Positions 29,412 through 40,668 of a stretch of DNA of 64,000 bases are shown in pieces. The stretch comes from Nibricoccus sp. (lineage in GTDB: Bacteria > Verrucomicrobiota > Verrucomicrobiia > Opitutales > Opitutaceae): positions 4,672,001 to 4,736,000 of the forward strand of contig JASGHG010000001.1 of NCBI GenBank assembly GCA_047602425.1. Direction: 5' to 3'. Numbering within the stretch: position 1 is the stretch's first letter; each line of letters begins with the position of its first letter. The notes beneath the pieces are model-generated. The model made no database searches. It worked only from the letters and a program-made list of their open reading frames with translations, and had not been told where the DNA came from. The translations under genes were made by a program, and so were the position numbers.

Positions 29412-32400
29412 ATGATTACCACCAATGCCAAAGCGACGAAATCAGCAAAGCGCAAGCGTGCCGTCGCTGCGGACGAAGGCTTCACGCGGGACCTTATCGA
29501 TACGTTGAGTGCAGTTGAGAATGGCGATTTTTCCGCGCGGATGGCCTCCGATTTGAGTGGCCCGGAAGGCAAAGTCGCCGATCGCGTCAACGCCATCGCG
29601 TCGCGCCTGGAACGTTTCAACAAGAGCCTTCTCCGGTTGCGAAAACGAGTCGGTGAAGAAGGCAAAATCAACGAACGCCTCCCATTGGGTGACAATGTGG
29701 GAAATTGGGCGGAGCGTGTTGAGGCAATCAACGCGCTGGTTGACGAACTTTCACAGCCCACCGTGGATATGGGCCGCGTGATCGGCGCCGTGGCGATGGG
29801 CGATCTTTCGCAAGCCATGCCGCTGGAAGCGCAAGGCCGCTCGCTCCAAGGCGAATACCTGCGGTCTGCGAAATTGGTCAACGGCATGGTGGGACAACTC
29901 CGCGCATTTTCGGTGGAAGTGATTCGTGTGGCTCGTGAAGTCGGTACCGACGGCAAACTCGGCGGCCAGGCGAAGGTCAAAGGTGTTTCCGGGGTTTGGA
30001 AAGAACTAACCGAGTCGGTGAACCAAATGGCCGGCAATCTCACGGCTCAAGTTCGCAACATCGCCGACGTCACCATCGCTGTGGCCAAGGGCGATCTCTC
30101 GCGCAAAATCACGGTCGATGTTCGCGGCGAAATTCTTCAACTGAAGGAAGCCATCAATGTAATGGTGGATCAACTACGCTCGTTCGCGGCGGAAGTGACG
30201 CGCGTGGCCCGCGAAGTCGGCACCGAAGGCAAACTGGGTGGCCAAGCCGTCGTGCCCGGCGTGGCCGGCACATGGAAGGATCTTACGGACTCGGTGAACG
30301 CGATGGCGTCGAACCTTACCGCGCAGGTGCGCAATATCGCCGGCGTGACCACGGCCGTCGCGCGCGGCGATCTTTCGCGCAAAATCACCGTCGACGTGAA
30401 GGGCGAAATCCTGGAGTTGAAGGAAACGATCAACACCATGGTCGACCGTCTCAACGCGTTCGCGTCCGAAGTGAGCCGCGTGGCGCGCGAGGTCGGCACC
30501 GAAGGCAAGCTCGGCGGGCAGGCCGTCGTGCCCGGCGTCGCCGGTACTTGGAAAGATCTTACCGACAATACCAATTTGATGGCCGCGAATCTCACCGGCC
30601 AGGTGCGTAACATCGCCGAAGTAACGACGGCCGTCGCGCGCGGCGACCTCTCGCGCAAGATCACCGTCGACGTGAAGGGCGAAATCCTGGAGCTGAAAGA
30701 CACGATCAACACGATGGTCGATCAACTCAATGGCTTCGCCTCGGAAGTGAGTCGCGTGGCGCGCGAAGTCGGCACCGAGGGAAAACTTGGCGGTCAAGCG
30801 CAAGTCTCCGGCGTCGCCGGTACTTGGAAAGACCTTACCGACAACGTAAACTCGATGGCGAACAACCTGACCGCGCAGGTGCGCAACATCGCCGACGTGA
30901 CCACGGCGGTCGCGCGCGGCGATCTTTCGCGCAAAATCACCGTCGACGTGAAGGGCGAAATCTTGGAGTTGAAAAACACGATCAACACGATGGTCGATCA
31001 GCTCAACGGTTTCGCGGCTGAAGTGACGCGTGTGGCCCGCGAGGTTGGCACCGAAGGTAAACTCGGTGGACAAGCGCTCGTGCTCGGCGTGGCCGGCACG
31101 TGGAAAGATTTGACCGATTCGGTGAACGCGATGGCGACGAACATTACGGCGCAGGTGCGCAACATAGCCGAAGTAACGACCGCTGTCGCTCGCGGCGACC
31201 TCTCGCGCAAAATCACCGTCGATGTGAAAGGCGAAATCTTGGAGCTGAAAAACACGATCAACACCATGGTCGACCAGCTCAATGCCTTCGCCTCCGAAGT
31301 GAGCCGCGTGGCGCGCGAAGTCGGCACCGAGGGCAAACTCGGCGGCCAGGCTCAAGTGCAAGGTGTCGCGGGCACGTGGGAAGATTTGACCGATAACGTG
31401 AATTCGATGGCGAACAACCTGACGACGCAGGTGCGCAACATCGCCGACGTCACCACCGCCGTCGCGCGCGGCGACCTTTCGCGCAAGATCACGGTCGACG
31501 TTCGCGGCGAAATCCTGGAGCTGAAAAACACGATCAACACCATGGTCGACCAGCTGAACGGCTTCGCGTCGGAAGTGAGCCGCGTGGCCCGCGAAGTCGG
31601 TACCGAGGGAATTCTCGGTGGCCAGGCGCAGGTGTCCGGCGTGGCCGGTACTTGGAAAGACCTTACCGACAACGTGAATTCGATGGCGAACAACCTGACG
31701 TCGCAGGTGCGCAACATCGCCGACGTCACCACAGCCGTTGCGCGCGGTGACCTTTCGCGCAAAATTACCGTCGATGTTCGCGGCGAAATTCTACAACTAA
31801 AAGAAACCGTCAATACGATGGTCGAACAGCTCCGCGCGTTCGCATCGGAAGTGACACGCGTCGCGCGCGAAGTCGGCACCGAAGGCAAACTCGGTGGTCA
31901 GGCGATCGTTCCCGGCGTCGCCGGTACGTGGAAGGACTTGACCGACTCCGTCAACGTCATGGTGGTAAACCTCACCGATCAGGTTTCCGGTATTGTGAAA
32001 GTGGTGACAGCCGTCGCGAACGGAAACTTGCGTCAGAAGCTCACCGTCGAAGCGAAAGGCGAAGTCGCGAGTCTGGCCGAAACCATCAACAACATGACGG
32101 ATACGCTGGCGATTTTCGCCGAGCAGGTCACCAACGTCGCTCGTGAAGTCGGTGTCGAAGGTCGTCTTGGCGGTCAAGCGCACGTGCCCGGTGCCGCCGG
32201 TACTTGGAAAGATCTCACCGGCAACGTCAATTTGCTCGCGGCCAATTTGACCACGCAGGTGCGCGCGATCGCCGACGTCGCCACCGCGGTGACCAAGGGC
32301 GATCTTACGCGTTCCATTCAGGTCAACGCGCGCGGCGAGGTCGCCGAACTGAAGGACAACATCAACACGATGATCGCGAACCTGCGCGCGACGACCGAAA

Positions 32401-35108
32401 CCAATCGCGAGCAGGATTGGTTGAAGACCAATCTCGCGAAATTCACCCGCATGCTGCAGGGCCAGCGCGATCTGTTCACCGTTGGCAAGATGTTGCTTTC
32501 CCAACTCGTGCCGCTGGTCGATGCGCAACAAGGCACGATCTACCAAATGGACGACTCCGATATCGAGAGCCCTTCCCTGCGGTTGCTCGCCAGCTACGCC
32601 TCCCGTCCGGGCCAGCCGGAGCGTATTAGTCTTGGTGAAGGGTTAGTGGGGCAGTGCGCGGTGGAGCGTCAGCGCATTTTGCTCTCCCATGTTCCGAGCG
32701 AATACAGCCGCATCCATTCCAGCCTGGGCGACGCGATTCCCATCAACATTGTCGTGCTCCCCGTATTGTTCGAAGGCCAGGTCAAGGCTGTCATCGAACT
32801 CGCCTCCCTCCACGTTTTCAACGTCACCCACATTTCGTTCCTCGAACAGTTGACTCAATCCATCGGCGTCGTGCTCAACACGATCGAGGCGACGATGCGG
32901 ACCGAAGGATTGCTGCAACAGTCCCAGCAGCTCACGGTGGAATTGCAGTCGCAGCAAAAAGAGTTGCAACAGACCAACGAGCAACTTGCCCAGAAGGCGC
33001 GTCAGCTCGCCGAGCAAAACGCCGAGGTCGAACGCAAGAATCGCGAAGTCGAACAGGCCCGCCGCGCGCTCGAAGAGCAGGCGGCCGAACTTGCGCTCAC
33101 CTCCAAATACAAGTCCGAATTCCTCGCCAACATGTCGCACGAATTGCGCACACCGCTCAATTCGATCCTCATCCTCGGGCAGCAACTCGCCGAAAATGGC
33201 GCGGGCAACCTGCTGCCGAAACAGGTGGAGTGCGCGCGTAACATCCATTCGTCCGGCTCGGACTTGCTCAACCTGATCACCGACATTCTCGATCTCTCCA
33301 AGATTGAATCGGGAACGGTCACCGTCGATGCCGAAGAAGTCAGTTTCTCCTCGTTGCGCGATGCCGTTGAACGCAACTTCCGGCATATCGCGGACACGAA
33401 GAATCTGCCGTTCAACGTGGACTTTTCACCTGCTCTGCCCCGAATCATCACCACTGATCCAAAACGTCTGCAGCAGATTTTGAAGAATCTCTTGTCGAAC
33501 GCCTTTAAGTTCACCGCCCAGGGTTACGTCACGGTGAAAGTGCATCCCGCGCAAGAAGGTTGGACGACGGGCCATCCCATCCTGGCCCGCGCTACGCAAG
33601 TGGTCGCGTTTTCGATCACCGACACCGGTATCGGCATCGCGCCGGAAAAACAAAAATTGATCTTCGAAGCGTTTCAGCAAGCCGACGCAGGCACCAGCCG
33701 CAAGTACGGCGGTACCGGACTCGGTCTCGCGATTTCACGCGAACTGGCCACGCTGCTCGGCGGCGAGATCCGTCTGAACAGCATTCCGAACGTGGGCAGC
33801 ACGTTCACGCTTTATCTGCCTTTGCTCTATCTCGAACCCCCTTCCGAGATCACGCGCATCACTCACCAACCAGTCGCCATCCCCCACTTCCGGGAGGAAA
33901 TTGTCCCGGACGATCGCGAAAGCGTTCAAGAGGGTGATCGAACTCTGCTGATCGTCGAGGACGATCCGCACTACGCGCGCGTTCTGCTCGGACTCGCCCG
34001 CGAACGAGGCTTCAAGGGCATCGTCGCCACCCGCGGCACGTCCGCCCTCACCCTCGCCCGACAGTTCCAACCCACGGCCGTCACCCTGGACGTCGTTCTC
34101 CCCGACATGCTCGGCTGGACCGTACTCAACAACTTAAAGCTCAACACTTCGACCCGCCACATTCCTGTCCACATCATATCTGTTGAAGAGGAACGTTCGC
34201 ACGCACTGACGCGCGGAGCCTTTTCCTACACGGTAAAACCCGCGACCGTTGAGGGCTTGGACCGCTGTTTCGACCGCATCAAGCGGTTTGTCGATTCCAG
34301 TCCCAAACGCTTGCTCGTGGTGGAAGACAACGACATCGAGCGCCAGAGCATCGTCGACTTCCTCAGTCACGACGACATCGAGATCGCGACGGCTTCCACC
34401 GGCGCCGAGGCTCTGGAAAAACTTTTCGACCGGCCGTTCGACTGTTGTGTCTTGGATCTTCGACTACCGGATATTAGCGGGTTTGACCTGCTGGACAAAC
34501 TTCAAGCCGAACCAACGCTGCGAGAAATTCCCATCGTCGTGCTGACGGGCAAGGACCTCAGTCACGAAGAGGACGAACGACTGAAAGCCACCGCCAAAAG
34601 CGTCCTCATCAAAGGCGTGCAGTCTCCCGAAAGGCTCTTTGACGAAACGGCGCTGTTCCTCCACCGCGTGGTCACGGCATTGCCTCCAACCAAACAAAAG
34701 ATGCTGGAGCATCTCCACATTTCCAATGAGATGCTGCGGGGAAACAAAGTGCTCATCGTAGACGACGACGCGCGAAATATTTTCGCACTCACGACCCTGC
34801 TGGAGGATCACGAAATGGAAGTGATCAGCACCACCAACGGCCGGGAAGCCATCGAAATCATTCAAAAGCAGCCTGATGTCAGCGTGGTGCTCATGGATAT
34901 CATGATGCCCGAAATGGATGGCTACCAGACCATGACTGAAATGCGGAAATATCCGCAGGCCCACACTCTTCCGATACTAGCGCTCACCGCCAAAGCCATG
35001 AAAGGCGACCGTGATAAATGCCTCGCGGCCGGAGCTTCCGACTACATTGCCAAACCGGTTAATACCGACGAGCTCCTTTCCCTTCTTCGGGTCTGGCTCC
35101 ATCGCTGA
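29412..35108 (+). CDS. Poly-HAMP hybrid histidine kinase (HAMP array-GAF-HisKA-HATPase-3xREC), OsaA/Nik1-like
   Basis: 92-aa repeats [26 protein letters not shown]-box [23 protein letters not shown]; three receiver domains (LLIVEDD, LLVVEDN, VLIVDDD); no TM segments. Confidence 0.93.
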   Translation: MITTNAKATKSAKRKRAVAADEGFTRDLIDTLSAVENGDFSARMASDLSGPEGKVADRVNAIASRLERFNKSLLRLRKRVGEEGKINERLPLGDNVGNWAERVEAINALVDELSQPTVDMGRVIGAVAMGDLSQAMPLEAQGRSLQGEYLRSAKLVNGMVGQLRAFSVEVIRVAREVGTDGKLGGQAKVKGVSGVWKELTESVNQMAGNLTAQVRNIADVTIAVAKGDLSRKITVDVRGEILQLKEAINVMVDQLRSFAAEVTRVAREVGTEGKLGGQAVVPGVAGTWKDLTDSVNAMASNLTAQVRNIAGVTTAVARGDLSRKITVDVKGEILELKETINTMVDRLNAFASEVSRVAREVGTEGKLGGQAVVPGVAGTWKDLTDNTNLMAANLTGQVRNIAEVTTAVARGDLSRKITVDVKGEILELKDTINTMVDQLNGFASEVSRVAREVGTEGKLGGQAQVSGVAGTWKDLTDNVNSMANNLTAQVRNIADVTTAVARGDLSRKITVDVKGEILELKNTINTMVDQLNGFAAEVTRVAREVGTEGKLGGQALVLGVAGTWKDLTDSVNAMATNITAQVRNIAEVTTAVARGDLSRKITVDVKGEILELKNTINTMVDQLNAFASEVSRVAREVGTEGKLGGQAQVQGVAGTWEDLTDNVNSMANNLTTQVRNIADVTTAVARGDLSRKITVDVRGEILELKNTINTMVDQLNGFASEVSRVAREVGTEGILGGQAQVSGVAGTWKDLTDNVNSMANNLTSQVRNIADVTTAVARGDLSRKITVDVRGEILQLKETVNTMVEQLRAFASEVTRVAREVGTEGKLGGQAIVPGVAGTWKDLTDSVNVMVVNLTDQVSGIVKVVTAVANGNLRQKLTVEAKGEVASLAETINNMTDTLAIFAEQVTNVAREVGVEGRLGGQAHVPGAAGTWKDLTGNVNLLAANLTTQVRAIADVATAVTKGDLTRSIQVNARGEVAELKDNINTMIANLRATTETNREQDWLKTNLAKFTRMLQGQRDLFTVGKMLLSQLVPLVDAQQGTIYQMDDSDIESPSLRLLASYASRPGQPERISLGEGLVGQCAVERQRILLSHVPSEYSRIHSSLGDAIPINIVVLPVLFEGQVKAVIELASLHVFNVTHISFLEQLTQSIGVVLNTIEATMRTEGLLQQSQQLTVELQSQQKELQQTNEQLAQKARQLAEQNAEVERKNREVEQARRALEEQAAELALTSKYKSEFLANMSHELRTPLNSILILGQQLAENGAGNLLPKQVECARNIHSSGSDLLNLITDILDLSKIESGTVTVDAEEVSFSSLRDAVERNFRHIADTKNLPFNVDFSPALPRIITTDPKRLQQILKNLLSNAFKFTAQGYVTVKVHPAQEGWTTGHPILARATQVVAFSITDTGIGIAPEKQKLIFEAFQQADAGTSRKYGGTGLGLAISRELATLLGGEIRLNSIPNVGSTFTLYLPLLYLEPPSEITRITHQPVAIPHFREEIVPDDRESVQEGDRTLLIVEDDPHYARVLLGLARERGFKGIVATRGTSALTLARQFQPTAVTLDVVLPDMLGWTVLNNLKLNTSTRHIPVHIISVEEERSHALTRGAFSYTVKPATVEGLDRCFDRIKRFVDSSPKRLLVVEDNDIERQSIVDFLSHDDIEIATASTGAEALEKLFDRPFDCCVLDLRLPDISGFDLLDKLQAEPTLREIPIVVLTGKDLSHEEDERLKATAKSVLIKGVQSPERLFDETALFLHRVVTALPPTKQKMLEHLHISNEMLRGNKVLIVDDDARNIFALTTLLEDHEMEVISTTNGREAIEIIQKQPDVSVVLMDIMMPEMDGYQTMTEMRKYPQAHTLPILALTAKAMKGDRDKCLAAGASDYIAKPVNTDELLSLLRVWLHR
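29934..32400 (+). repeat. Intragenic 276-bp tandem repeat (HAMP units)
   Basis: The REVG codons recur at 29934, 30210, 30486, 30762, 31038, 31314, 31590, 31866 and 32142, an exact 276-nt period. Confidence 0.92.
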
Positions 35109-35125
35109 CGGCTGTTGCCTCGTTC

Positions 35126-37327
35126 ATGAATGCTTCAACCAAAGATCTCTCCGATCCCGTGCGGACTGGTCCGGTCGAGCAAACGGGTTTTGATGAATCG
35201 CAGGAAAAGAAGCCGGTCATGGCCGATGCGCCTGTCAATATTCTCCTCGTCGACGACGACGGTCGAAATCTCGACGTCCTGGAAAGCGTTCTGGAGTCCC
35301 CGGCCTACAATCTCGTGCGGGCGTTGAGCGCCGACCGTGCGCTGATGCAGCTGATTCAGGGCGATTTCGCCGTGATCGTGATGGACATCCAGATGCCCCA
35401 GATGAGCGGCATCGAACTGGCGCACCTCATCAAACAGCGGAAACGCACGCAGCATATTCCGATCATTTTCCTAACTGCCTACTATCAGGAGGACAACCAC
35501 GTCCTGGCGGGTTACGGCACCGGTGCGGTCGACTACCTGATAAAGCCGCTCAACCCCCAGATTCTCAAATCCAAGATCTCCGTTTTCGCGGATCTCTATC
35601 GCAAAACCCGCGCGCTGGCGGCCGCAAACCGCTCGCTGGAGCTCGAAGTCGCGCAACGGCAGCAAGCGGAGGAAGCGCTGCGTTGCGCCAACAACGAACT
35701 CGAATCCCGAGTCGAAGCGCGCACGGTCGAACTGCTTAATATCAACAATGAACTGCGCGAGCGGGAAAAGACGCTGATCGAACGTGAAGCCCAGCTTCGC
35801 CTCGTCACCGACCATGCCCCGGTCTTCATCGTGCAACTGGATCGTGCGCACCAATTCAAATTCGTGAATCGCACCTACGCCAGTTGCTTCAAAGCCGAAC
35901 CAGAGCAGATGATTGGAAAACATTTTTCGGAAATTCTGGGACAAGAGCCGTACGAAACCATTCGCCCTCACGTCGATGCGGCGCTGGGCGGCCAGAGTGT
36001 GGAGTTTGAAGTCGAGATTCCGTTCGCCTCTTCGGGCGTTCGGTGGCTGCACGTCGTTCACGAACCAGAACGCACGCCCCAAGGCGAGATCGTGGGCATT
36101 GTCGCGGTGATCAACGACATCACGGAGCGCAAAAGCACGGAGAACGAAATTGTTCGCGCCCGGGATCGTGCAATGGCCGCCTCGCGCGCCAAAGACGAAT
36201 TTCTCGCGCGGCTTTCCCACGAACTGCGCACGCCGCTCAACCCGGTGCTGCTCGTCGCGAGCGAAGCGGCGCAAAATCCCGCGCTCCCATCTCAGATACG
36301 GGCTGATTTCGAGGTGATAGCACAGAACGTAGCGCTTGAAGCGCGGCTGATTGACGACCTCCTCGACCTTACGAGCATCCTGCACGGGAAAGTGGCCCTC
36401 ACCTGCCGGCCACTGGATGTGCACACGATTCTCGAAGACTCGCTCAAGATGGTGCGCGCCGACATCATCAGGAAAAACCTATCCATCACGCTAGATCTAA
36501 AAGCGGCGCGCCGGACCGTGTTCTGCGACGAAGTGCGCATGAAACAGGTTTTCTGGAATATCCTGAAAAATGCGGTTAAATTCACTCCCGAAGGCGGAGC
36601 GGTGAAGGTGGCGACTTTGATCGATGAAGAAGGCGCCAACCTTTCAATCCAGATCGCCGACTCCGGAATTGGCATGACGGAGGATGAGATCAAACGTGTT
36701 TTTGTCGCGTTCTCCCAAGGAGACCACGCGGGCGGCGGCACCTCGCATCGGTTCGGCGGTTTGGGCCTGGGGTTGGCGATTTCACGTTTGTTGGTGGATT
36801 TGCACTCGGGAACTATTCGCGCCACCAGCGCGGGTCGAAATGGCGGATCCACCTTCCATATCCAATTTCCGCTGCACAACGAGACGCAGCGTTCTGAAGA
36901 TCCGCCGACACGTCCGGCGTCTTCGAGCCAGGCCGTTACTACGACTCATTCCTCTGCGGGCGCACCGATGCGACGCATTCTGCTCGTTGAAGATCACAAA
37001 CCGACGCGCAACACGCTGGCCCTTTTGTTGCAGCGCCGGCATTACGACGTTGTCACTGCCGATTGTTTCGCGGCGGCGCGGGCGGTCGCCGAACGCGAGG
37101 TGTTTGATTTGCTGATCTCCGATATCGGGCTGCCCGATGGCAACGGTTGTGATTTAATGTCCGAACTGCGCGATCGCTGTGGACTTCGCGGCATCGCCAT
37201 CACCGGATACGGCATGGAGGAAGATGTGCGCAAAGGCCGCCTCGCAGGATTTTGCGCGCACTTGACCAAACCCGTCAGCGTGGAAGCCCTCGATCAAGCT
37301 CTGCAATCCCTCGCAGCTCCGCGCTAG
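35126..37327 (+). CDS. REC-coiled coil-PAS-histidine kinase-REC hybrid
   Basis: N-terminal REC (NILLVDDD...MDIQMP...IPIIFLTA), PAS, H-box [18 protein letters not shown] and C-terminal REC. Confidence 0.9.
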   Translation: MNASTKDLSDPVRTGPVEQTGFDESQEKKPVMADAPVNILLVDDDGRNLDVLESVLESPAYNLVRALSADRALMQLIQGDFAVIVMDIQMPQMSGIELAHLIKQRKRTQHIPIIFLTAYYQEDNHVLAGYGTGAVDYLIKPLNPQILKSKISVFADLYRKTRALAAANRSLELEVAQRQQAEEALRCANNELESRVEARTVELLNINNELREREKTLIEREAQLRLVTDHAPVFIVQLDRAHQFKFVNRTYASCFKAEPEQMIGKHFSEILGQEPYETIRPHVDAALGGQSVEFEVEIPFASSGVRWLHVVHEPERTPQGEIVGIVAVINDITERKSTENEIVRARDRAMAASRAKDEFLARLSHELRTPLNPVLLVASEAAQNPALPSQIRADFEVIAQNVALEARLIDDLLDLTSILHGKVALTCRPLDVHTILEDSLKMVRADIIRKNLSITLDLKAARRTVFCDEVRMKQVFWNILKNAVKFTPEGGAVKVATLIDEEGANLSIQIADSGIGMTEDEIKRVFVAFSQGDHAGGGTSHRFGGLGLGLAISRLLVDLHSGTIRATSAGRNGGSTFHIQFPLHNETQRSEDPPTRPASSSQAVTTTHSSAGAPMRRILLVEDHKPTRNTLALLLQRRHYDVVTADCFAAARAVAEREVFDLLISDIGLPDGNGCDLMSELRDRCGLRGIAITGYGMEEDVRKGRLAGFCAHLTKPVSVEALDQALQSLAAPR

Positions 37328-37494
37328 AGCACATACAATAAAACTGTAGCCGCAAATCGGTGCTATGAATCGAGCTGTCTTCGTAGGGGCGCAGTCTTGC
37401 TGCGCCCTTTCTGTAGCGAAGCCCAACCGGGTGCAGCAAAACTACGCCCCTACAGCCGGAGTTGTGCGGCTATGGCATTTTTTAAAATGCTCTA
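37325..37494. mobile_element. MITE-like element with imperfect terminal inverted repeats
   Basis: Left end TAGAGCA-N15-TAGCCGCA (37325-37354); the right end reverse complement is also TAGAGCA-N15-TAGCCGCA (37465-37494); TA at both termini. Confidence 0.55.
37383..37453. repeat. Inverted GTAG-type REP doublet (REPIN-like)
   Basis: GTAGGGGCGCAGTCTTGCTGCGCCC (37383-37407) and the reverse complement of 37429-37453, GTAGGGGCGTAGTTTTGCTGCACCC, match at 22/25 positions; each is an internal hairpin. Confidence 0.75.
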
Positions 37495-37556
37495 AAGGCC
37501 CGCAGCCGATTTTCGAGACGATTGCTTCAAACATGGCGCCGCTGGAGTAGAAAAAA

Positions 37557-38690
37557 TTATTTCGCGCCAACTAACGCCAGCATCAATCGCGAGCGGGTTG
37601 TCACCCCGGCTTTTTTAAACATGCGGTGGAGATGAAACTTCACGGATTCCACCGATTTTCCAAGCTCGCTCGCGATCTCCTGATTGCTCATTCCCTCTCG
37701 CACGAGGTTGGCAACTTGACGCTCGGCCGTGGTTAGCGAGTCCACCACCGAGGTCGTCGCATCGCACGTGCCAGTGGACTGCCGTTCGAACTGCACGATA
37801 AAATTCGGCAACGCCGTTCCGACCAGGCTCGCCCCGCATAGACGCACCGTCGCGTAGTGCGCCGGTACCGTCGGGTGACGCACCAGATGAGTTTTCCGCA
37901 AACGCCCCGCGCCGGGTTTTTCAATCCATTCATCGCGCAGCCGCTCGCAGGTGGCCAAAATATCCGTCGGCAACGCTTCCGGCCGGCGGCTGACTTTGAG
38001 CTGCCCGCGGCCGTCGTCTTTCCACGCCAGAATGGAGGTTTGCGACGCACGATTATGCCAAACCACCCTCAATCGGGAATCAAGCATCACCGTACCAAGG
38101 TGATAATTTCGCAGCGCCAGCGAAATCCCATCGAGGAGCACCCGCGAAAGCAAACGCTGGCAAAGCAGAGCCCAGGCGTTGTCGATGTAGCGGCGAAACG
38201 ATTCCAATCGCTCCAGTTCGCCTTGTTCGAATTCTCGCGCGCCGGACAGGCGCAGCACCGAAAAAGCCAGGGTCATCGGATCCGCATGCTCGCCGATGAA
38301 CAACAGCACGGCCTGGGCCGAACCAATTCGCTTCAGAATCTCGCAGCGATAACCTTCCAGTCCTTCTTCCGAGGAAAACCCCATGCCCGCGCGTACGACC
38401 AGGGCTTTTTCTCCAGAGCTAATTTCGCGGCGGATTTCCTGGAACAGCTCGGCTTTGCGCTGGACGAACGGCGCTTCCCAAGTCCGCTCACGGGAATCGT
38501 GCGCCACAAAACCGCCGCCCGCCGATCTGCGCCGCAATGCGATGGAAAAATCGCCCAATTGCTCGGAGTTCAAGAGTTCCTGAGCCGCGGTGACAAAACT
38601 CACGGCACTGTTCGCCACATAAAGCTTTAACACCTGGCTCAGAACGCGGCTTTCGGAAAGAGCGACGGAATTTTGGGCCACAGATCTCAT
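37557..38690 (-). CDS. LuxR-family HTH transcriptional regulator, divergent from the CIS operon
   Basis: C-terminal LTTAERQVANLVREGMSNQEIASELGKSVESVKFHLHRMFKK LuxR HTH. Confidence 0.85.
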   Translation of the reverse strand: MRSVAQNSVALSESRVLSQVLKLYVANSAVSFVTAAQELLNSEQLGDFSIALRRRSAGGGFVAHDSRERTWEAPFVQRKAELFQEIRREISSGEKALVVRAGMGFSSEEGLEGYRCEILKRIGSAQAVLLFIGEHADPMTLAFSVLRLSGAREFEQGELERLESFRRYIDNAWALLCQRLLSRVLLDGISLALRNYHLGTVMLDSRLRVVWHNRASQTSILAWKDDGRGQLKVSRRPEALPTDILATCERLRDEWIEKPGAGRLRKTHLVRHPTVPAHYATVRLCGASLVGTALPNFIVQFERQSTGTCDATTSVVDSLTTAERQVANLVREGMSNQEIASELGKSVESVKFHLHRMFKKAGVTTRSRLMLALVGAK

Positions 38691-39243
38691 GCGCGCCCCA
38701 CTCCACGGAAATTATATATAATACAAAAAATCACTAATAACATAAGTTATAAACTATATTCGAAAGCAGACCTAATGTGTCCGAACCTGCGCGGGCAAAA
38801 TCTAACCTAAAGTTAGGAAGACCCGCGCCACGTTCAAGTATAGTATTTGGTTTATTATATATGTAATCGAATTGCATAAATACAGGAGCCGATTTCGTGT
38901 TAGGAAATTGCATTAACGAATTCGGGTGGGACCTATATTAATATTAGTTCTTGGATTTCAAAATCATATCACTTCGAAAACGCAGGATTTCGTTTTTCAC
39001 CCCCGCTCGTCAGCGACGTATCATGTTTTGTCCGCATCACAAATCAACACATCACATCACAAATGCTCCTTCGAGCCTTCAGGTAGGAATCCGTTTTTTC
39101 AAACCAGCGTGAGGTTTTAGTTTTTTCACTTCCCCCGGTCGCAAGTGGCTTAGTCGGCATGAATCTGATTGCTGACATCGGTCCTTCGGAATCACAGCCG
39201 GCTTCATCGGAGGAATTTTCTCTGACCTGCGCCTAATAGACAA
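38691..39243. promoter_or_regulatory. AT-rich divergent promoter region for luxR and the CIS operon
   Basis: Markedly AT-rich relative to its flanks; inverted repeats ATAAC-ataa-GTTAT (38737-38750) and CTAAC-ctaaa-GTTAG (38802-38816). Confidence 0.55.
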
Positions 39244-39849
39244 ATGGCCAATTACCTCGCCATACACTCTTTCTGCCAATCGCTCTGCGATTATCTTTCG
39301 CAACGGTACGCAACTTACGTGCCGCCGCCCGGTGTCCCCGCTCTGCCGAAGGCCACCTTTACCGTCCTCAGTTCCTCGAAGTTTAGTTCCAACGATAACG
39401 TCCAGGAGGAATCCAGTTCCACGGTTTCACTTTTTTTGCATCGCGTCTCGATCAACAACCATTTGCGCAACTCCCGCGCGGGCGGCGCTACCGGGCCGCT
39501 AGGACTCGATCTGCATTTTCTCCTGACGATCTGGGCCGACAAAGCCGACGAGGAACACATCCTGCTCGCTTGGACGATGCATGAACTGCATCGCCATGCC
39601 TTTCTCGATACGAGTTCGCTCAGTGCCGACGCCCACTGGGCGGTCGACGAACAGGTTAACATCGCTCCGGGCGAACTTCCGCCGGAAGAGATGGCTCGCA
39701 TTTGGGAGGCGTCGCATCGCGGTTACCGTCTCAGTTATCCGTTTGTCGCGCGAGTCATTCGCATCAGCGACGATCCCGCCGTCTCCACCACACCTGTCGT
39801 GGCTACGCGTTTTAGTTACACCGACAATCTCAAGGAGACGGTGCCATGA
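39244..39849 (+). CDS. DUF4255 protein (Afp16/Pvc16-like CIS cap/terminator)
   Basis: VSLFLHRV..N.HLRN...PLGLDLHFLLT.W...EEMARIW...YRLSYPFVARV; first gene of the sheath/tube operon. Confidence 0.82.
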   Translation: MANYLAIHSFCQSLCDYLSQRYATYVPPPGVPALPKATFTVLSSSKFSSNDNVQEESSSTVSLFLHRVSINNHLRNSRAGGATGPLGLDLHFLLTIWADKADEEHILLAWTMHELHRHAFLDTSSLSADAHWAVDEQVNIAPGELPPEEMARIWEASHRGYRLSYPFVARVIRISDDPAVSTTPVVATRFSYTDNLKETVP

Positions 39850-40622
39850 TCAAGGAACGCATCGATACTCGTATACTTGGAGCGGTGCGTTGGGTTGATG
39901 CCGTCACGCTCGCGCCGATTCCCTATCCTCTTGTCGCCACTGGCGCGCAGCTTCGCTTCACGCGCAATCTCAGCGGACTCTGCGTTATCACGCACGCCGA
40001 CGGGCTCGAGAAATACACGCCGACTTTTAAGCTCACCGATCTTTTACCCGCCGATGTTGTCACCACGGGTTCGCTTGGCCGTTCCGGGCAGGTTGAAGAT
40101 CCGTCCGGAAATTATTTGCCGACGAAATTCACGCTCAGTCTTCCGCGCGATCCGAGCCCGGCTCTGGTAGGTCCCAACAACGACCAGCGTCCGCCCAATT
40201 CGCTTTTCAGCCCGTTTGAAATTGGACTCCTGCCCTCGCCCACTTCGCGGGTCGCGCCGGGTTTCGCTCAGGTTCGCGTGCTCATTCTCGACAACGCTTC
40301 GAACCCAATTCGCAACGCCCTCGCCCGCGTCATGGCGACAGCCGACGACGCGCTCCTTGGCTGCGGCCTTTCCGATCAGCGGGGAGAAGCCCTCGTCGCC
40401 ATTCCCGGCCTCAAACATTTCGCGCCCGGCGACACCGAAGACGAAGTCGTCAGCGTCGTGACCGAAGCCAGGCTCGAAATCATTTTGCCGCCGAATACCG
40501 AACCAATTGTCGACTGGACGGCGTTGCGCGACGCGACAGTCGCCGCCGGCAACACCGATCCCGAACTTCTGCACCTAAAACCCGGCGCATCCTACAGCCG
40601 CCACTATCCCTTTACGACCTAA
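39846..40622 (+). CDS. CIS-associated hypothetical protein (possible cap adaptor)
   Basis: Coupled to the DUF4255 gene by an ATGA overlap; contains a beta-rich ARV...GLSDQRGEAL segment; function inferred from position only. Confidence 0.55.
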   Translation: MIKERIDTRILGAVRWVDAVTLAPIPYPLVATGAQLRFTRNLSGLCVITHADGLEKYTPTFKLTDLLPADVVTTGSLGRSGQVEDPSGNYLPTKFTLSLPRDPSPALVGPNNDQRPPNSLFSPFEIGLLPSPTSRVAPGFAQVRVLILDNASNPIRNALARVMATADDALLGCGLSDQRGEALVAIPGLKHFAPGDTEDEVVSVVTEARLEIILPPNTEPIVDWTALRDATVAAGNTDPELLHLKPGASYSRHYPFTT

Positions 40623-40668
40623 GGCCACTGGCCCCGGCCGTCACCTCCAACATTAACCCAACATAATC

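Noticed and set aside
29934..32400. CRISPR-like periodic repeats
   Set aside because: The period is 276 nt, in frame within one CDS, with synonymous variation and no unique spacers; these are HAMP repeats. No cas genes are present.
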